A stretch of 49,500 nucleotides of DNA, the filler included, from Sphacelaria rigidula (taxonomy: Eukaryota): assembly GCA_964200075.2 (NCBI GenBank). It is 3 parts of 3 records of this genome, joined end to end, with 100 filler letters (N's around TTAATTAATTAA, not from the genome) between each part and the next. Parts side by side here need not be neighbours in the genome. Positions count along the whole stretch, not along the records: positions 33,069 to 49,500 come from CAXNAA020001365.1; 2 more parts are not named here. One strand, written 5' to 3'. A program made the position numbers and the translations under genes. The notes below the pieces were generated by a model, which had not been told where the DNA came from, made no database searches, and was given only the letters and a program-made list of their open reading frames with translations. This document shows positions 35,265 through 47,334 of the stretch, piece by piece; within the stretch, counting starts at the first letter, position 1; the number at the start of each line of letters is the position of its first letter.

Positions 35265-37125
35265 CGTCCACGTGCCGTGTAGAACACCTCGGACAAGTCG
35301 GGGGATACCCACAGCACCTTGCCCTTCGCCTTCCCTCGCCCACTTCCGTGCTTGAGCACCGGTACCCCCGAGAGCAAGCGGGGTGCTGACGCACCCGACA
35401 GGTTCTCATCGCCATGAATCCCTTCTTGTGCGGAAGCCGCAACGGCTCCATTTACGCACCGTTTTTCATGCGCGCTCTGTGAAACGTCACCGCCTATGGT
35501 TCTGTTTGAGCCGGCACTCTTATTCGCGCATTTACTTGGCAGGTTTTCCTTTGGACTGTCGGCACTACCACTGCTATTTACATCCTCTGGTCGGACGTTT
35601 ACGAGGCGGCTACCGTCGCAGTCACTGGAATCTTGAGCGTTGTTAAGCAGATCCTTCCGCTGCGTATTTGTCCCGTTGGCGGAAGATAGCGCAGTAGCCA
35701 ACCGCTGCCATCGCGGGGAGGTCGTCCTTCGATTGTCGCTGACATCGTTCTGGTCGTAGTCACTGCCCCGCCGTACCGAAGTATCATGCTGATCATCATC
35801 ACGGCAGTTGTTCATCTCATACAGCGCGTGTCTCTCCTCTGCACGTTTTGACGGACTATTTTTCTTACAGTCATCACCATCACCATCACCGTTATCATTG
35901 TCATGATAGCGGGTAATCCCATCATCTGCCCTAATATTAGGCCACGTCACCATTTCAGCACCTGGAACAGTGATGTCCAAGCACACAGTTTCCCCAGGTG
36001 GTGATGCACCGCCGAAGTCTGAAGGCCTACGCGCCCGCCTGAGGGCCGTGTTATGTCCCTGCCTATTGTCCCCGGTAAAATCGCAGTTGCCGACTTCAAC
36101 AGTATTGGGCTGCGTTGTTGATTCTGTTGGCGGATGGGGCTGACACCTCGCGTCCGCATGCGATCCTTCCCCCGAGGTACCAGCCATCCCCGACGCTTGC
36201 GGTTGGGAGTGAACCTCAAATCCTAAATCCGACCGGGACCTAGCGGTCGGATCCAGCGTAACATCTTGAACTTGACGAGTGTCTTGATGTTGGCCAATGT
36301 CATGTTTTCGATGAATCTCCTGGCGGTGTTCTTGGAGGTGATTATATCTGACGGCGCTCTTGTTGACTCCAGCAACGTGTGCCGTGCGGTCCCGTGGATA
36401 TTTACCCTCTTGCATGGTGGGCGTCGTTTCTGTGGTGGTCGGGTTGACGGTAACACGGCTGCCGTGCAGCGGGTAAGAAAACGAGTGACCGTGAGTGCTT
36501 CGACCGCCCGGGTCAGGGGCCAACTTCTTTCGTACGATGGGCAAAACTGCTGACTCCGGGACGTCGCCTGCGACCCAAGAAAGCCTTTTAGTTGGGGACA
36601 TATCGGAAGCCGACGCACGTCCCTCAGACCGTTTCTCCCCACGGTCTGCGGACTCATCTGCGGAACGGCGCGCAGAAAGATGCGCTCCACATTCCATACT
36701 CCCCTTCTTGATCGGGCTCTCCTGATGATATAGCCGCGCACTTTTGGCTTCAGGGCTGACCGTTGCGTCTGTATATTCCCCTGCCGAACCATCATCGTCG
36801 TGTCGCCCCGTCGTGATTTTGTTTGCCTCGTTCCCTTGGCTGTAGCTGCAGCTTTTGGCCTTTTCTTCTTCCAGTTCGTGGTTCGTGCCGTCTTGCTCAC
36901 CAATCATAAGAAACGACAGCCGTCGCGCGCTGGCTGGTTTGGTTTCTGTTGTCTCTCCCTTGTTCTTGTTGTTGCCATCGTGATCGCATTTGTAGTTGCG
37001 GCTGCTGTCCGCCTGAATGTTTTCTGCTAGCCCGTCATTCCTGCTGTGTTGCTCTTCATTCACGGGAAACAACGACGGTTTTGTGCTTGTTGGTTTGTTG
37101 TCATCGTCGTTATTGCCGTTCCCGC

Positions 37126-37204
<79 letters not shown>

Positions 37205-37738
37205 GCTGCTGCTGCTGATGGTACTACTTTTGTTGCTGCTGTTATGATTATGTTTGTTGCTGCTGCTGTTATTGCGGCTGATGATGTTTTCGTTGTCGTC
37301 GTTGCTGCTGTTGTTATCGCGGCTGTTGTTTTCGTTGCCGTCGATGCTGCAGTTGCTGCCGACGCCACCGTTGCTGCTACTCGTACGCAACACCTTTTCG
37401 TTCTCTCGATCATCTGCGGCAGTCGGTAATTGATCATGATACGCATCCACTCCTCTGCTGCTTTTCCTGCCGCTTTTCCTAATTTTCGACGCCGGTTGAG
37501 ACACCATCGTCACCTCCTCACTCTTGTTCTCCGATAGCTCGCCGATTCTCACGTTCATTTCGTATTGAGAGTGATTGAATTCTTCGACAAGTGCTGCATA
37601 TTGGGCTACTGATGAAGCAGCAGTACCGATGGCGTCGGGCACGCGTCTCGCTTTCACGAGGGCCTGTACAAGATGCGCCTTCGCCCCCTCGAGCGCTCGT
37701 ATTTTGTCATCTCGCTGATGGATCTCATCCACCAAGCC
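35265..37738 (-). CDS. Coiled-coil/PH-domain protein, 2.47-kb internal exon
   Basis: 828-aa open frame, acceptor CCGCAG|GGC, donor CG|GTGGGT. Coiled-coil start, (AAC)n poly-Asn at ~37125-37205, and PH start LLSGVPVLKHGSGRGKAKGKVLWVSPDLSEVFY (KHG..GKPK motif as in PLC-like/RLD-type PH domains). Confidence 0.85.
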
Positions 37739-37929
37739 CTGCGGTGACAGTCGTGAGCGTAGACCACAGTCGTCTTTTCAATGGTATCAACGTACGGGTG
37801 ACCTTGAAATATTGAGGACTTGAGTAGGACACGATCCTCAATGTGCATACAGTACATACGCACAGGAAATTTTGTACCCGGTGCGGTTTTAAGATATGTT
37901 ACACGCCCACAACTCACCACGCATGCTAC

Positions 37930-40900
37930 TTTCCGTCGCATGTAGTGGTAACGGCTCAGGTGGACTCTACATGTCAATGTGCAGGGATATGTGCTTTCAT
38001 AAGGCATGTAGTGAGACGTCGTACATAATGCTTTGTGCATAGCGAATATAGCTTGGTAGCTAGCGGGACTCTCGAGGTTGTTTCAGACTAGTTCAGAGGA
38101 ACGCGCGACAGTAAGAGCGGGCCGAGAATCAAGAAATCAAGTAGGCCCCGGTAAATAGAAAGGCTCTCTAGTGCGATCGTAAATGCTGCATACGATAGTG
38201 GTTCAGAGTACGCCGGATGAAGTCGAGAGTGATAATTCAGAGTGGATAGCGTAGTGATCGTAGCCGGTGTGTGGTGGCGACTTGTAGGTGAATACAAGAA
38301 TGTGGGACCCGAAGCGGGTCAGGCTAATTCGTCCCCTGGATAATATAATAGGATAAACGCGAAAGAGCTGGGCAAACTGAAGGTTGGCGCTCGTCAGGTA
38401 TGCCGGAGAAAAGGGCTTCACCCCTTGATCTCGTCGCCCCCTGGCGGCCGACCACCACAGATTCAGTCTAGGAACGCCAAACCTATCAGGGATACGTGGA
38501 GCGCCCACGATCACGGTGGTTCCCACTCGCACAAGCTATGTCGGGACTGCGGCCGAATTATAGATCGGCACGAGGAAACTGGACCCCCACACGGTACAGG
38601 GGTATGGTTGGAAACTAGGAGACGACTACGGTGAACAGGCGCAGGATATACGGCCCGTTCAGCTGCTCTCACTGGAGGCTAAGCCTACAAACCTTTGTTG
38701 TACAGCAGCAGGGTGCGCGGCCGACTTCATCATCAAGCTCGAATACGTCTGATTGAAGTTCGGGACCACAGAAAAAACGAAGCCTGAGGCAATCAAGAAG
38801 GTCGCCCTCCTGCTAGGGATCATGCGGTCGCTGCCCGAGATGTTTGAGCAGGTCATTACCCAGTCCAATACGAACTATGATCAGATAAGATGGGCGGCCA
38901 TCTCCTCTTCGACGTAGATGTTGACTGGGCAGGAGAGAAGTGCTAAGTCCATGGCATTTCAGGCAAGCCATCGTAGGTTCGTTCGAGTTGCGCATAGCCA
39001 GGGTGTATACTGCCTCAAACGTGATCACAGGTAGCGTGAATTGATTGATCGATTGATTGATTGAGTGTCGAATGCCATTCGTATCTAACAGGCAGACCAC
39101 CAGCAAAGCGGCCGACGGGTACGGTACCCGCGCGCGTTCCCCCCACCCTGACAAATAATACACTTAACGGCAGAATAACAGGTTCGAAGACGTTTGTAAC
39201 TATGAGCGTGATTGCTTGTGAGGAGGCGGTCCTCACCAAGCTCGCAGAAACAGCCGTGGCGGCGTCTGCCGCAGATACGGATAGCACTCCCTTGCTGCGC
39301 GAACCCGGACCCAACACTCGCAGTACCCCGTGGATGCATGACCTCCACATAGCCCCATGGTCGCTTGAAATCATGGCAACATACGCCGCCAACGTCTTGG
39401 GTATGTTCGGGAACAAAGATCAATTGCGAGTGTCGGCTATCGCAGATTTGACGCTGAACACCATTTCACAGGAAACGTCCCGGCCCGTGCACGTTGTGCC
39501 CAAGGACGTGATGTACATCTCAGGGCTACTGTACCGGCTCCTGAGCACCGGCATCATCGTCGCGACGGTGGAGAATATCTGTCAGCTGGGGTCGAAGGCA
39601 GAAGCAGCTATATTTGGGTCGCCGAGGAGGCCCCGCTGACTAGGCTCGTGGTGAAGCAGTCATTCTTGACGATGAAGGGATAGCGCGATGTGCAAGATGA
39701 ACCAGGCAGCTCGGCTCACGCGACGTTTGCCCACAAGCATCAACGGCTGGCACTCGCTCGAAGGCGGCACGTCGGGCTGGGTCATATCAACCCGGTAGCT
39801 ACTGAGCACCTCGAGAAGCGCGGGCCCACCGATGTAAGTGACATCACGGTGACCTCCGTCATGTAGCGTAGCGTCTGCAAGGAATGCAAGCCCGAGGCGC
39901 TGGGTCATGGTCGTGGCGACAGGGGCCTCAGAGCACCAGGTGAGGTCGTGCACACTGACGGTGACGGAGTTTTCCCGCCAATGTCATGGGCACGGAATAC
40001 TGTCGGAATTTGCTGGGCGAGATCAGTCGAGACAAGCATGTTGTTGGACTCAAGACGCACGATGCGGTCACTGATGCTACCGGGGTATTCGTCGACGACA
40101 TGGCCCGTGAGGGAGTGGCCACCAATACATCGGCGGAGCCGGCACCAGGAAACTCGGGGGGTACGTGAAACTCCAGCATATGCTAGCTGACTGCGGCATG
40201 AGGTGGCGGACTTTCCTCACCAGGACCCCCGAAAGTGACGACAATGCCGAATGTGCCCTCAAGCAACTCATCATAAAGCCAGCGCGAAGTCAACAGAACA
40301 AACTGAGCGTGGCGACCAGTACTGGTTCTTCGCTACGGTAGGTGTAGCATTCGAGGCTGGCGGGATGCCTCACGAGTATCTCGGGGGTGGAACGCCATGC
40401 GAGAGCCCCACAGAGAAACCGTTCAACGTCGATCGGCTCTGCACCTGTGGGTCGGAATGCTGGGTGTGCCAACACCGGCAGCAACGCAGTGCCGCCGCTC
40501 GGGTCCGTCCCTATGCTACTCGCGGCATACTGGTAGGCCACGACGGTTTTCCCTCTCGTGGCCCATATGGCCAGTGCAGGAATCGATCATGTTGAAATCT
40601 GCGCACGTCACCTTCCGGTCGGAGGCAAAGATTTTGGTCATCGTGGGGCAGTTGGAAACTGTTGACTTGAACGAAGATGAAGACGGCGCGGCGCGACGGG
40701 TTCTCCCTCAATGAGTGAACCCTAGCCAACTTAGCCTGAATCAGAGCGACAATCGCCATCATCGTCGCCGGCGATCCACTCGTGGTCGCACGGGAAGGCG
40801 TAGGTCCAGCAGGCTGGCGTAGCGCGCAAGGCACGATCACACGGACGGGTCATCGGCCAATCCGACCCGGGGTAAGCCACCAGGTGGTCGCCGTGTTATA

Positions 40901-42927
40901 ATGACACAGGGTAAGCTGAACCCTTGAACACGTGGGAAGCAATGTTGATGTTGCATGCTGATGCCGAAAAAAAGAATGAAGTCCAAGGTGAGGAAATGTG
41001 GAGGGTCTTGAGAAAGAGAACCCGAGACGCGAAATGCTCGCACATAAGGTGAAGCCGATCAACACAAGCTATGTAAACAACATCATGCTTACGGCAGAGG
41101 GCAGTATGGAGGGTGCAAGGCGCACCTCGTGACCAGGGGTTTTCCCTGACGTGGGCTGGCGAATCATGCATGTTTCACTTTAATGGCGCGGTTCGACGTT
41201 GTCCCCACCCTCCTGGGGTCGGCCTTTCTCCAGTATTGGGACATAAGGATGCTGGACTAGGCCCAGGCTTATCTCAAAGCTCCGTTTCAAGGAGACGTAT
41301 GATTGGAACTACCGTACTACAGAGTGATCGAGGCCAACAAGGGCATATATGACTCATCACAAGCCACGCCAGGATGCTTCAAATAACTAAGGGGGACCAA
41401 ACTCGATGAGGCGTGGGGCAGTGGCAGCTACAGTGAGTGCATGTACTACCACCGCAGCAGCGACGGGCGCGTCGCCGTTTTTGACACGTACGTTTTTCTC
41501 TGGCGACGACGACGACGAGATCCAACAAAACACGTGCGCTCCTGCCGTGCAAGTATGAGGGGCGAGACCTGGTCGTGCCGGACAAAGTACTCAGTGTCCG
41601 TATCAACGCGGACAAAGACATTGTGACCCCGGGCCAACAACGGTACGCCGAAAGTATCATTGCGGTAGGGATTGGTCTGGCAGACATACGCAGAAACATT
41701 ACACCTCTCGACTCGGGTGTGCACATTTCGCCTTGTGGAGGACACGGCGGAGAGTAGTTGTACTCGTCTCGCTTTCCTTACGCGACGATTCTCGGGAAGC
41801 TTACGTTCCTCGCGGGCACTACAACACGCGATTTCTTCGACAGCGTTCGCGAACTAGGGTGTCGGTCCGCTTCCCCCCACCTATTTCTCCGGAATCTGGC
41901 AATCACTCCAACATGTTTTCACTAGCTCACCGCGGCACTCAACGTACAATTGTCGGCGCTACCGGAAAGGCGCTGGCGACACCAACGACAATCAACAAGC
42001 GTTTACAGACTGGTCGGACTCCGACTGGGCTAACGTCGAAGAATCGCGCAAAAGCGCATCGGGCAATCTACCCCTACTTGGCATATCGTTCACCGCCTGG
42101 ACATCCACACAGCAAGGGCCAAACACACTGTCAAACTCTGAAGCGGGGTGGGCAGCAATGTTGCAGGGCATGAGACATAGCTTACACATATACGGTGTCT
42201 ATGGGGAGCTTAGATTACCACAGGACGAGACGCCGTGGGCCTCCGGCAATCACGGTGTGATCCGCGCAGGCCGCGGGGCCCATCGGCTTCAGCGGACGTA
42301 CGAGGCACGTGGTTATGAAGCTCAAGCGTACGCGGCAAAACCCACTTGAGAAGCACTTCGACCCGGAGTGTATACCCCCGACCGAACAACTGGCGGACCT
42401 TCTCACCAAACGCCTTCGATGGCTCGCTGGATAAGTCTGTTGACTCCTTGCTGGCGCGCTGGGGGTGAGTGTATGACCTCTCACGTAACCGCCATTCGCT
42501 CATGGTGGAGCATGCAGAGTTATGCGCCTACGTAAGGCATAGCGCAAGACGTCGTACACTACGCTGTGGGACCCTCCGGTATGTTTCAGACTGGTTCAGC
42601 TGAACGCCCAACGGTAAGAACGACCCGAGTTTCAAGAAGCGAACCCGGTTCGGGTACAATGAAATGGCTTTGCTGCCACATAGTCAAAGCTGTACGATAG
42701 TGACACGGAGGAAATCAAAGGACGTCAGTGCTGCCAGATTAGAGTGTATCGAACAGTAAAGTTAGCCAATGTGTTTTCCTGGTGCAGGCAAATACTGGGA
42801 TGTGGCGCCCCACACGGGTTAGCTTATCCGCCCCCCTGTAAAATTTCATACATCGAAACTCTCGCTCGCTACCGGTGCTCGCATAAAAGTGCGGACAGTT
42901 TTGTTACCCTCAAACTCTCTCTGCTGA
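37930..42927 (+). mobile_element. Decayed Ty1/copia LTR retrotransposon 1 (intronic, antisense to host gene)
   Basis: Gag-like (DFIIKLE...KKVALLLGIMRSLPEMF ~38720-38890), GAG-pre-integrase (RRHVGLGHINP ~39760), integrase/SH3 (YWFFA...TPCE...RGILVGHD), RT (AQAYLKAP; QQRYAESII) and RNase H (GFSGRTRHV...EQLADLLTKRL ~42280-42420). Purine tract at ~42462 and diverged LTRs ~37930-38400 and ~42470-42927. Order INT-RT-RH. Boundaries are approximate. Confidence 0.85.
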
Positions 42928-43117
42928 GTATGAAGCGAATTCTGCGCAATGGCCACCCTCGAAGCATTATTTAACCTCTGGGGCACTCTCACTCACCAAT
43001 GAGCGCCGCAGTGCTGGTAGTTTGAGTGGTAGTAGCAGCAGCAGCAGGATTGAGTTTTGCATGCTTCAACAAAAAAAAACGAGACAAGAGCAAACGCATG
43101 ATTCTCAGACAATTCAC

Positions 43118-43315
43118 CTTAAAGTCCTTCTTGAGCAGAACCACGGCTGATCGAAGGACCTTCTCCGCCTTCTCAGCAGACGAAGCGCGAGTCTCGGCCG
43201 TCGCAACTCGTTCGTCTGCTGCTTTCTCATTTTTTTCGGAAGCTACCAGCTGATCTTGAAGCTGAGCGACGAGAGCTTCCAGTTTTTTCGACCTTTTTCG
43301 TAACGCCTCTTCGGC
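43118..43315 (-). CDS. Coiled-coil/PH-domain protein, upstream coiled-coil exon
   Basis: GGTAG|AEEALRKRSKKLEALVAQLQDQLVASEKNEKAADERVATAETRASSAEKAEKVLRSAVVLLKKDFK|GTGAAT, 198 nt, phase 0/0, joins to GLVDEIHQRD. Not in the ORF track because it has no start codon. Confidence 0.85.
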
Positions 43316-44353
43316 CTACCGTTACCGTGGGAAAAGCATACATAAATGAGGCATAACCGTGCAAAATTGGTCATTAGATGCATCAGGAAAACGACTTCAG
43401 GTCTACAGCACCTGGAGAAGCAAGTAACGACCGCGACGATTTATCATCCCTGGAGAAAAAGAAGATATTCCAGAGTCAAGCATAGCTGTTAGCAATCCCT
43501 AATATTCTGGCTCCCAATGAGAAATTGGCGGTTTGAACCCAACGTGAAGAGAGTTGAAACACTCAGAAATGGCCACTGCAGTACATGATAATGTGTCATG
43601 CGCTCGGCGAGGATGTAGAAGTTGGACGAGACCGCTATCAAGCCCAATTTTCCCGCACAAGTCCGTGCTGCTTACCCACACTTCGGCACCGCGCATCAGA
43701 TCGGAGCTATACTGCTATTATTTCCTTGTTGAACTGAATGTCATACACTCGCACCCGGTAGAGTTTACGCGAGTTTGTCGTCAAGTCACGACGCGTGAAA
43801 CATCGCTTGATATTAGTGAAGGACCATCAGATTCGAAAACTTGAAGGTCTTCTAGCCCACGGTGACCTCATCGTGAGCAGCACGTATTTTTGCTGGCATC
43901 TGCGCCTACGGCTAGGGTCGGCATTTGGTTAAACCTAGATTCCGTCAACCCTGGTGATTTGGCGACGAACTCGCGTAAACCCGCCTCCGCGTACCAGCAC
44001 TGGAAAACTTGGTTAGGAAATAGAGGCTAGCGCCATTCGGTAAGCGTCTGAAACCACAGAAACAGGATTTCCAGGTAGCTTGCAAGTAGCGTCTGACCGG
44101 CTTTACAGCAAAGTGAAGTTTTTACTCACATCTTCCTCATGTCATCTGACTTGTACCTTATGTGCATACTATCGGTCATCGAACGCTTTTAGCAGGGTAA
44201 ATGGTGCTCTCCTGGCAATATATTTACCGCACGATGACTGCGTGTTTTTCCTCGTTCATGTCGAGGCCTTAGTATCCCATAAACCACGTGCGGATGATGG
44301 CGCAATTCCCCCTGGGAGTATCTGTGTATAGATTGTGCAGAGTGATGTAGACA

Positions 44354-44732
44354 CCGGTCGATCCGGTGGCTCAGTTGGTAACCTCAAACCTCCTGGCGGT
44401 TGAGACATGGGTTCGAATCTCCGTGCAGTCACACGATCTGGGATTTTTATTACACTGTACCCAGCAGTGGAGAGCGACTATCTCGTGGGTACACGAAAAA
44501 ATCGACTTCACGGTCGATGAGGGAAAGGGGCCGCTAAACCCCTCTCGCGATAAGAAAGAAGGCGAGCACCGCAGAAGGAAGGTGGAGCACTAAAACAAAA
44601 GAAAATTGAAAAAAGACTCCTGTGTGTTGGCCTTCCTCCTGCGTGACCCCGCTGATGCGCCCACATATACCGGAAGATGTAGGCTGTCGTCCAGAATAGA
44701 TGGGATGATGACGCACGGGATGATGACGCACA
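44354..44732 (+). mobile_element. tRNA-derived SINE, best-preserved copy
   Basis: A-box GGTGGCTCAGTTGG, B-box GGTTCGAATC, shared body, tail GGGATGATGACGCAC x2. AGTGATGT is repeated near both flanks. Confidence 0.88.
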
Positions 44733-47292
44733 TAGTGATGTGCTTGCATATTTCATGAGCTGAAGCTTTGCCTACAACGCACTGTACATATGGGATGAAG
44801 TATAAACGCAAGGGGGACGCTTCAGTAAGTTTCAGAGTGGCTTAGTTGAACGAACAGCTTCAAGAATGACCCGACAACATAGGAGCGACCCGGTTCGGAC
44901 AAGATGGGATGGTTCTGCAGCCACTCAGTGAAAGATACTGTGGACGATAGCTGTTCCCCGCAAAGCGAAGGAAAACGGTGGTGCCATGTCAGAGTGGACT
45001 GCATGATAATGACAGTGTGTGGAACTGACTTGTAGGAAAGTTGCTGGGATGTGGCACCTCACACGAGTCAGTTCGATCCGTGCCCTGGATAATACAATGC
45101 ATCGTGATTCTCGCTCGCCGCCGGTACTCGTATTAAGAGTGCAGAAAATCATATCAACGCTCTGTGAAGAAGTCTCTTTGCTAAGATTATGAGTCTTGAG
45201 AGTAAGGAGGCAGTCACACGCAAGCTATCAATCTGAACGGGTCTCATGAATAAACCCAGGAGAGTTGGGCAGTATCTTACAGGTAGACCACCAGCAAAGC
45301 AGCCGACGGGTACGGTACCCGCGCGGATTTCCCCCACCCTGACAAACAACACACCGAACAACGGCCGTATAACAGATTCGAAGACGTTTGTAACTAAAAG
45401 CGTGATTGCTTGTCTCCTCAAGCTCGCAGAAACAGCCGTGGCGGCGTCTGCCGCAGATACGGATAGCACTCCCTTGCTGCGCGAACCCGGACCCAACACT
45501 CGCAGTACCCCGTGGATGCATGACCTCCACATAGCCCCATGGTCGCTTGACTTCATGGCAACATACGCCGCCAACGTCTTGGGTATGTTCGGGAACAAAG
45601 ATCAATTGCGAGTGTCGGCTATCGCAGATTTGACGCCGAACACCATTTCACAGGAAACGTCCCGGCCCGTGCACGTTGTGCCCAAGGACGTGATGTACAT
45701 CTCAGGGCTACTGTACCGGCTCCTGAGCACCGGCATCATCGTCGCGACGGTGGAGAATATCTGTCAGCTGGGGTCGAAGGCAGAAGCAGCTATATTTGGG
45801 TCGCCGAGGAGGCCCCACAGACTAGGCTCGTGGTGAAGCAGTCATTCTTGACGATGAAGGGATAGCGCGATGTGCAAGATGAACCAGGCAGCTCGGCTCA
45901 CGCGACGTTTGCCCACAAGCATCAACGGCTGGCACTCGCTCGAAGGCGGCACGTCGGGCTGGGTCATATCAACCCGGTAGCTACTGAGCACCTCGAGAAG
46001 CGCGGGCCCACCGATGTAAGTGACATCACGGTGACCTCCGTCATGTAGCGTAGCGTCTGCAAGGAATGCAAGCCCGAGGCGCTGGGTCATGGTCGTGGCG
46101 ACAGGGGCCTCAGAGCACCAGGTGAGGTCGTGCACACTGACGGTGACGGAGTTTTCCCGCCAATGTCATGGGCACGGAATACTGTCGGAATTTGCTGGGC
46201 GAGATCAGTCGAGACAAGCATGTTGTTGGACTCAAGACGCACGATGCGGTCACTGATGCTACCGGGGTATTCGTCGACGACATGGCCCGTGAGGGAGTGG
46301 CCACCAATACATCGGCGGAGCCGGCACCAGGAAACTCGGGGGGTACGTGAAACTCCAGCATATGCTAGCTGACTGCGGCATGAGGTGGCGGACTTTCCTC
46401 ACCAGGACCCCCGAAAGTGACGACAATGCCGAATGTGCCATCAAGCAACTCATTATAAAGCCAGCGCGAAGTCAACAGAACAAACTGAGCGTGGCGACCA
46501 GTACTGGTTCTTCGCTACGGTAGGTGTAGCATTCGAGGCTGGCGGGATGCCTCACGAGTATCTCGGGGGTGGAACGCCATGCGAGAGCCCCACAGAGAAA
46601 CCGTTCAACGTCGATCGGCTCTGCACCTGTGGGTCGGAATGCTGGGTGTGCCAACACCGGCAGCAACGCAGTGCCGCCGCTCGGGTCCGTCCCTATGCTA
46701 CTCGCGGCATACTGGTAGGCCACGACGGTTTTCCCTCTCGTGGCCCATATGGCCAGTGCAGGAATCGATCATGTTGAAATCTGCGCACGTCACTTTCCGG
46801 TCGGAGGCAAAGATTTTGGTCATCGTGGGGCAGTTGGAAACTGTTGACTTGAACGAAGATGAAGACGGCGCGGCGCGACGGGTTCTCCCTCAATGAGTGA
46901 ACCCTAGGCGACTGACCCTTAACAGAACGGCAATCGCCATCATCGTCGCCGGCGATCCAATCGTGGCCGCACGGGGGAAGGCGTAGGTCCAGCAGGCTGG
47001 CGTAGCGCACAAGGGCACGATGACACGAGCGGGTCATTGGCCAATCCGACCGGGAGTAACTGCGGCATTGCCGCTATCATGCAAGAACAACTCGAATAAG
47101 CAGTATGCCTACTGGAATGTTTCGGGAAATAAATACAGAGTCGGGTGAACCCTTGCGTGCGACAGAGGGAAGAAACTCGTTCGATCTGATCCCAACCATG
47201 AGTCGAAGTCCAATATGAAGGATTGTTGGACATTTCAAGATATACTTGTCTCGAGAAACGAGGTGCCCCCACCTAGCGTCAGGCCAAAGAAC

Positions 47293-47334
47293 ACAAGATA
47301 CGTATACAAGATACGTATACAAGATACGTACACA
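47293..47334 (+). repeat. 13-bp tandem repeat x3 (ACAAGATACGTAT)
   Basis: Directly visible. Confidence 0.85.

Noticed and set aside
36949..37446. Poly-Cys/Leu/Val/Thr ORFs
   Set aside because: Alternative frames of the (AAC)n poly-Asn tract in the real exon.
39081..39105. ACA|GGCAGACCACCAGC as an LTR end/PBS
   Set aside because: Gag-like coding lies upstream in element 1, and a better PBS candidate follows the LTR end at 45185 in element 2.
39015..40840. Duplicated small ORFs (and copies at 45149-47037) as a gene cluster
   Set aside because: Fragments and antisense frames of decayed copia pol.
44354..44430. tRNA gene
   Set aside because: A/B boxes are present but there is no clean cloverleaf, and it runs into a repeated ~300-bp body and tail, so it is a SINE head.
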